From positions 1 through 64,000 of the forward strand of contig JAUCBJ010007122.1 of the NCBI GenBank assembly GCA_032718475.1: a DNA stretch of 64,000 bases. The letters are read 5' to 3'. This stretch comes from Nemertoderma westbladi. Lineage: Eukaryota; Animalia; Xenacoelomorpha. The position numbers were made by a program, and so were the translations under genes. Below, one piece after another: positions 62,608 through 64,000 of the stretch (positions within the stretch are counted from its first letter, which is position 1; every line of letters starts with the position of its first letter). The notes beneath the pieces were generated by a model that did not search any database, was not told where the DNA came from, and saw only the letters and a list, made by a program, of their open reading frames with translations.

Positions 62608-64000
62608 TATTATGGTAATTAGATGCAGTGTAGTCATGTGGTAAATAGACACTTGCGTTCTGTATATTGTGGTAATTAGATGCCAATGTAAAATAATATA
62701 GTGGTAATTAGATGCAGTGTAGTCTTGTGGTAAATATACACTTGAGTTCTGTATATTGTGGTAATTAGATGCCAATGTAAAATAATATTGTGGTAATTAG
62801 ATGCAGTGTAGTCTTGTGGTAAATAGACACTTGAGTTCTGTATATTGTGGTAATTAGATGCCAATGTAAAATAATATTGTGGTAATTAGATGCAGTGTAG
62901 TCTTGTGGTAAATAGACACTTGAGTTCTGTATATTGTGGTATTTAGATGCCAATGTAAAATAATATTGTGGTAATTAGATGCAGTGTAGTCTTGTGGTAA
63001 ATAGACACTTCTGTTCTGTATATTGTGGTAATTAGACGCCATTGTAAAATAATATTGTGGTAATTAGATGCAGTGTAGTCTTGTGGTAAATAGACACTTG
63101 CGTTCTGTATATTGTGGTAATTAGATGCCAATGTAAAATAATATTGTGGTAATTAGATGCAGTGTAGTCTTGTGGTAAATAGACACTTGCGTTCTGTATA
63201 TTGTGGTAATTAGATGCCAATGTAAAATAATATTGTGGTAATTAGATGCAGTGTAGTCTTGTGGTAAATAGACACTTGCGTTCTGTATATTGTGGTAATT
63301 AGATGCCAATGTAAAATAATATAGTGGTAATTAGATGCAGTGTAGTCTTGTGGTAAATATACACTTGAGTTCTGTATATTGTGGTAATTAGATGCCAATG
63401 TAAAATAATATTGTGGTAATTAGATGCAGTGTAGTCTTGTGGTAAATAGACACTTGAGTTCTGTATATTGTGGTAATTAGATGCCAATGTAAAATAATAT
63501 TGTGGTAATTAGATGCAGTGTAGTCTTGTGGTAAATAGACACTTGAGTTCTGTATATTGTGGTAATTAGATGCCAATGTAAAATAATATTGTGGTAATTA
63601 GATGCAGTGTAGTCTTGTGGTAAATAGACACTTGAGTTCTGTATATTGTGGTAATTAGATGCCAATGTAAAATAATATTGTGGTAATTAGATGCAGTGTA
63701 GTCTTGTGGTAAATAGACACTTAAGTTTTGTATATTGTGGTAATTAGACGCCATTGTAAAATAATATTGTGGTAATTAGATGCAGTGAATTAGATGCAGT
63801 GTAGTCTTGTGGTAAATAGACACTTGCGTTCTGTATATTGTGGTAATTAGATGCCAATGTAAAATAATATTGTGGTAATTAGATGCAGTGTAGTCTTGTG
63901 GTAAATAGACACTTGCATTCTGTATATTGTGGTAATTAGACGCCATTGTAAAATAATATTGTGGTAATTAGATGCCTCTATCGAATTGTTGGGGTAGATT

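Larger units (their letters stand above)
58270..63975 (-). repeat. 89-bp satellite, right arm (~8 + ~15 copies, split by CRE element 59019-62607)
   Basis: TTGTGGTAATTAGATGCCAATGTAAAATAATATTGTGGTAATTAGATGCAGTGTAGTCTTGTGGTAAATAGACACTTGAGTTCTGTATA. Confidence 0.96.
56290..64000. mobile_element. Foldback-like element with inverted arms made of 89-bp tandem repeats (extends beyond window)
   Basis: The satellite is in + orientation at 56370-56962 and in - orientation at 58270-63975. The outer junction 56340-56379 is the reverse complement of 63961-64000 (39/40). Confidence 0.75.

Noticed and set aside
56394-63754. Many 62-aa MASNYHNIQN.. ORFs
   Set aside because: Translation artefacts of the 89-bp satellite. 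The unit is not a multiple of 3.

Overview
This is eukaryotic (metazoan, probably invertebrate) repeat-rich, heterochromatin-like DNA, and I recognise no host gene in it. It is a pile of nested mobile elements and satellites, several with boundaries fixed by target-site duplications (TSDs). (1) An RTE LINE (5540-8384) has captured the 3' end of an LTR element whose terminus is reiterated 7 times. (2) A putative LTR element carries an orphan ORF. (3) A head-to-tail BEL/Pao retrotransposon (11528-23083) is interrupted by an APE-RT LINE, which is itself interrupted by a CCCAG-TIR DNA transposon. (4) A Penelope-like element (24608-32251) has inverted hammerhead-bearing pseudo-LTRs and hosts an L2/Crack and a CR1 LINE. 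(5) There are Helentron/HINE-like repeats, a C2H2 zinc-finger remnant and a MITE. (6) A CR1-like LINE sits in a 36-bp minisatellite, followed by an 8.4-kb 32-bp satellite with higher-order structure. (7) A foldback-like element (from ~56290 to beyond the window end) has inverted arms built from an 89-bp satellite and contains two CRE-clade RLE retrotransposons. All calls come from reading motifs by eye; no database search was run.
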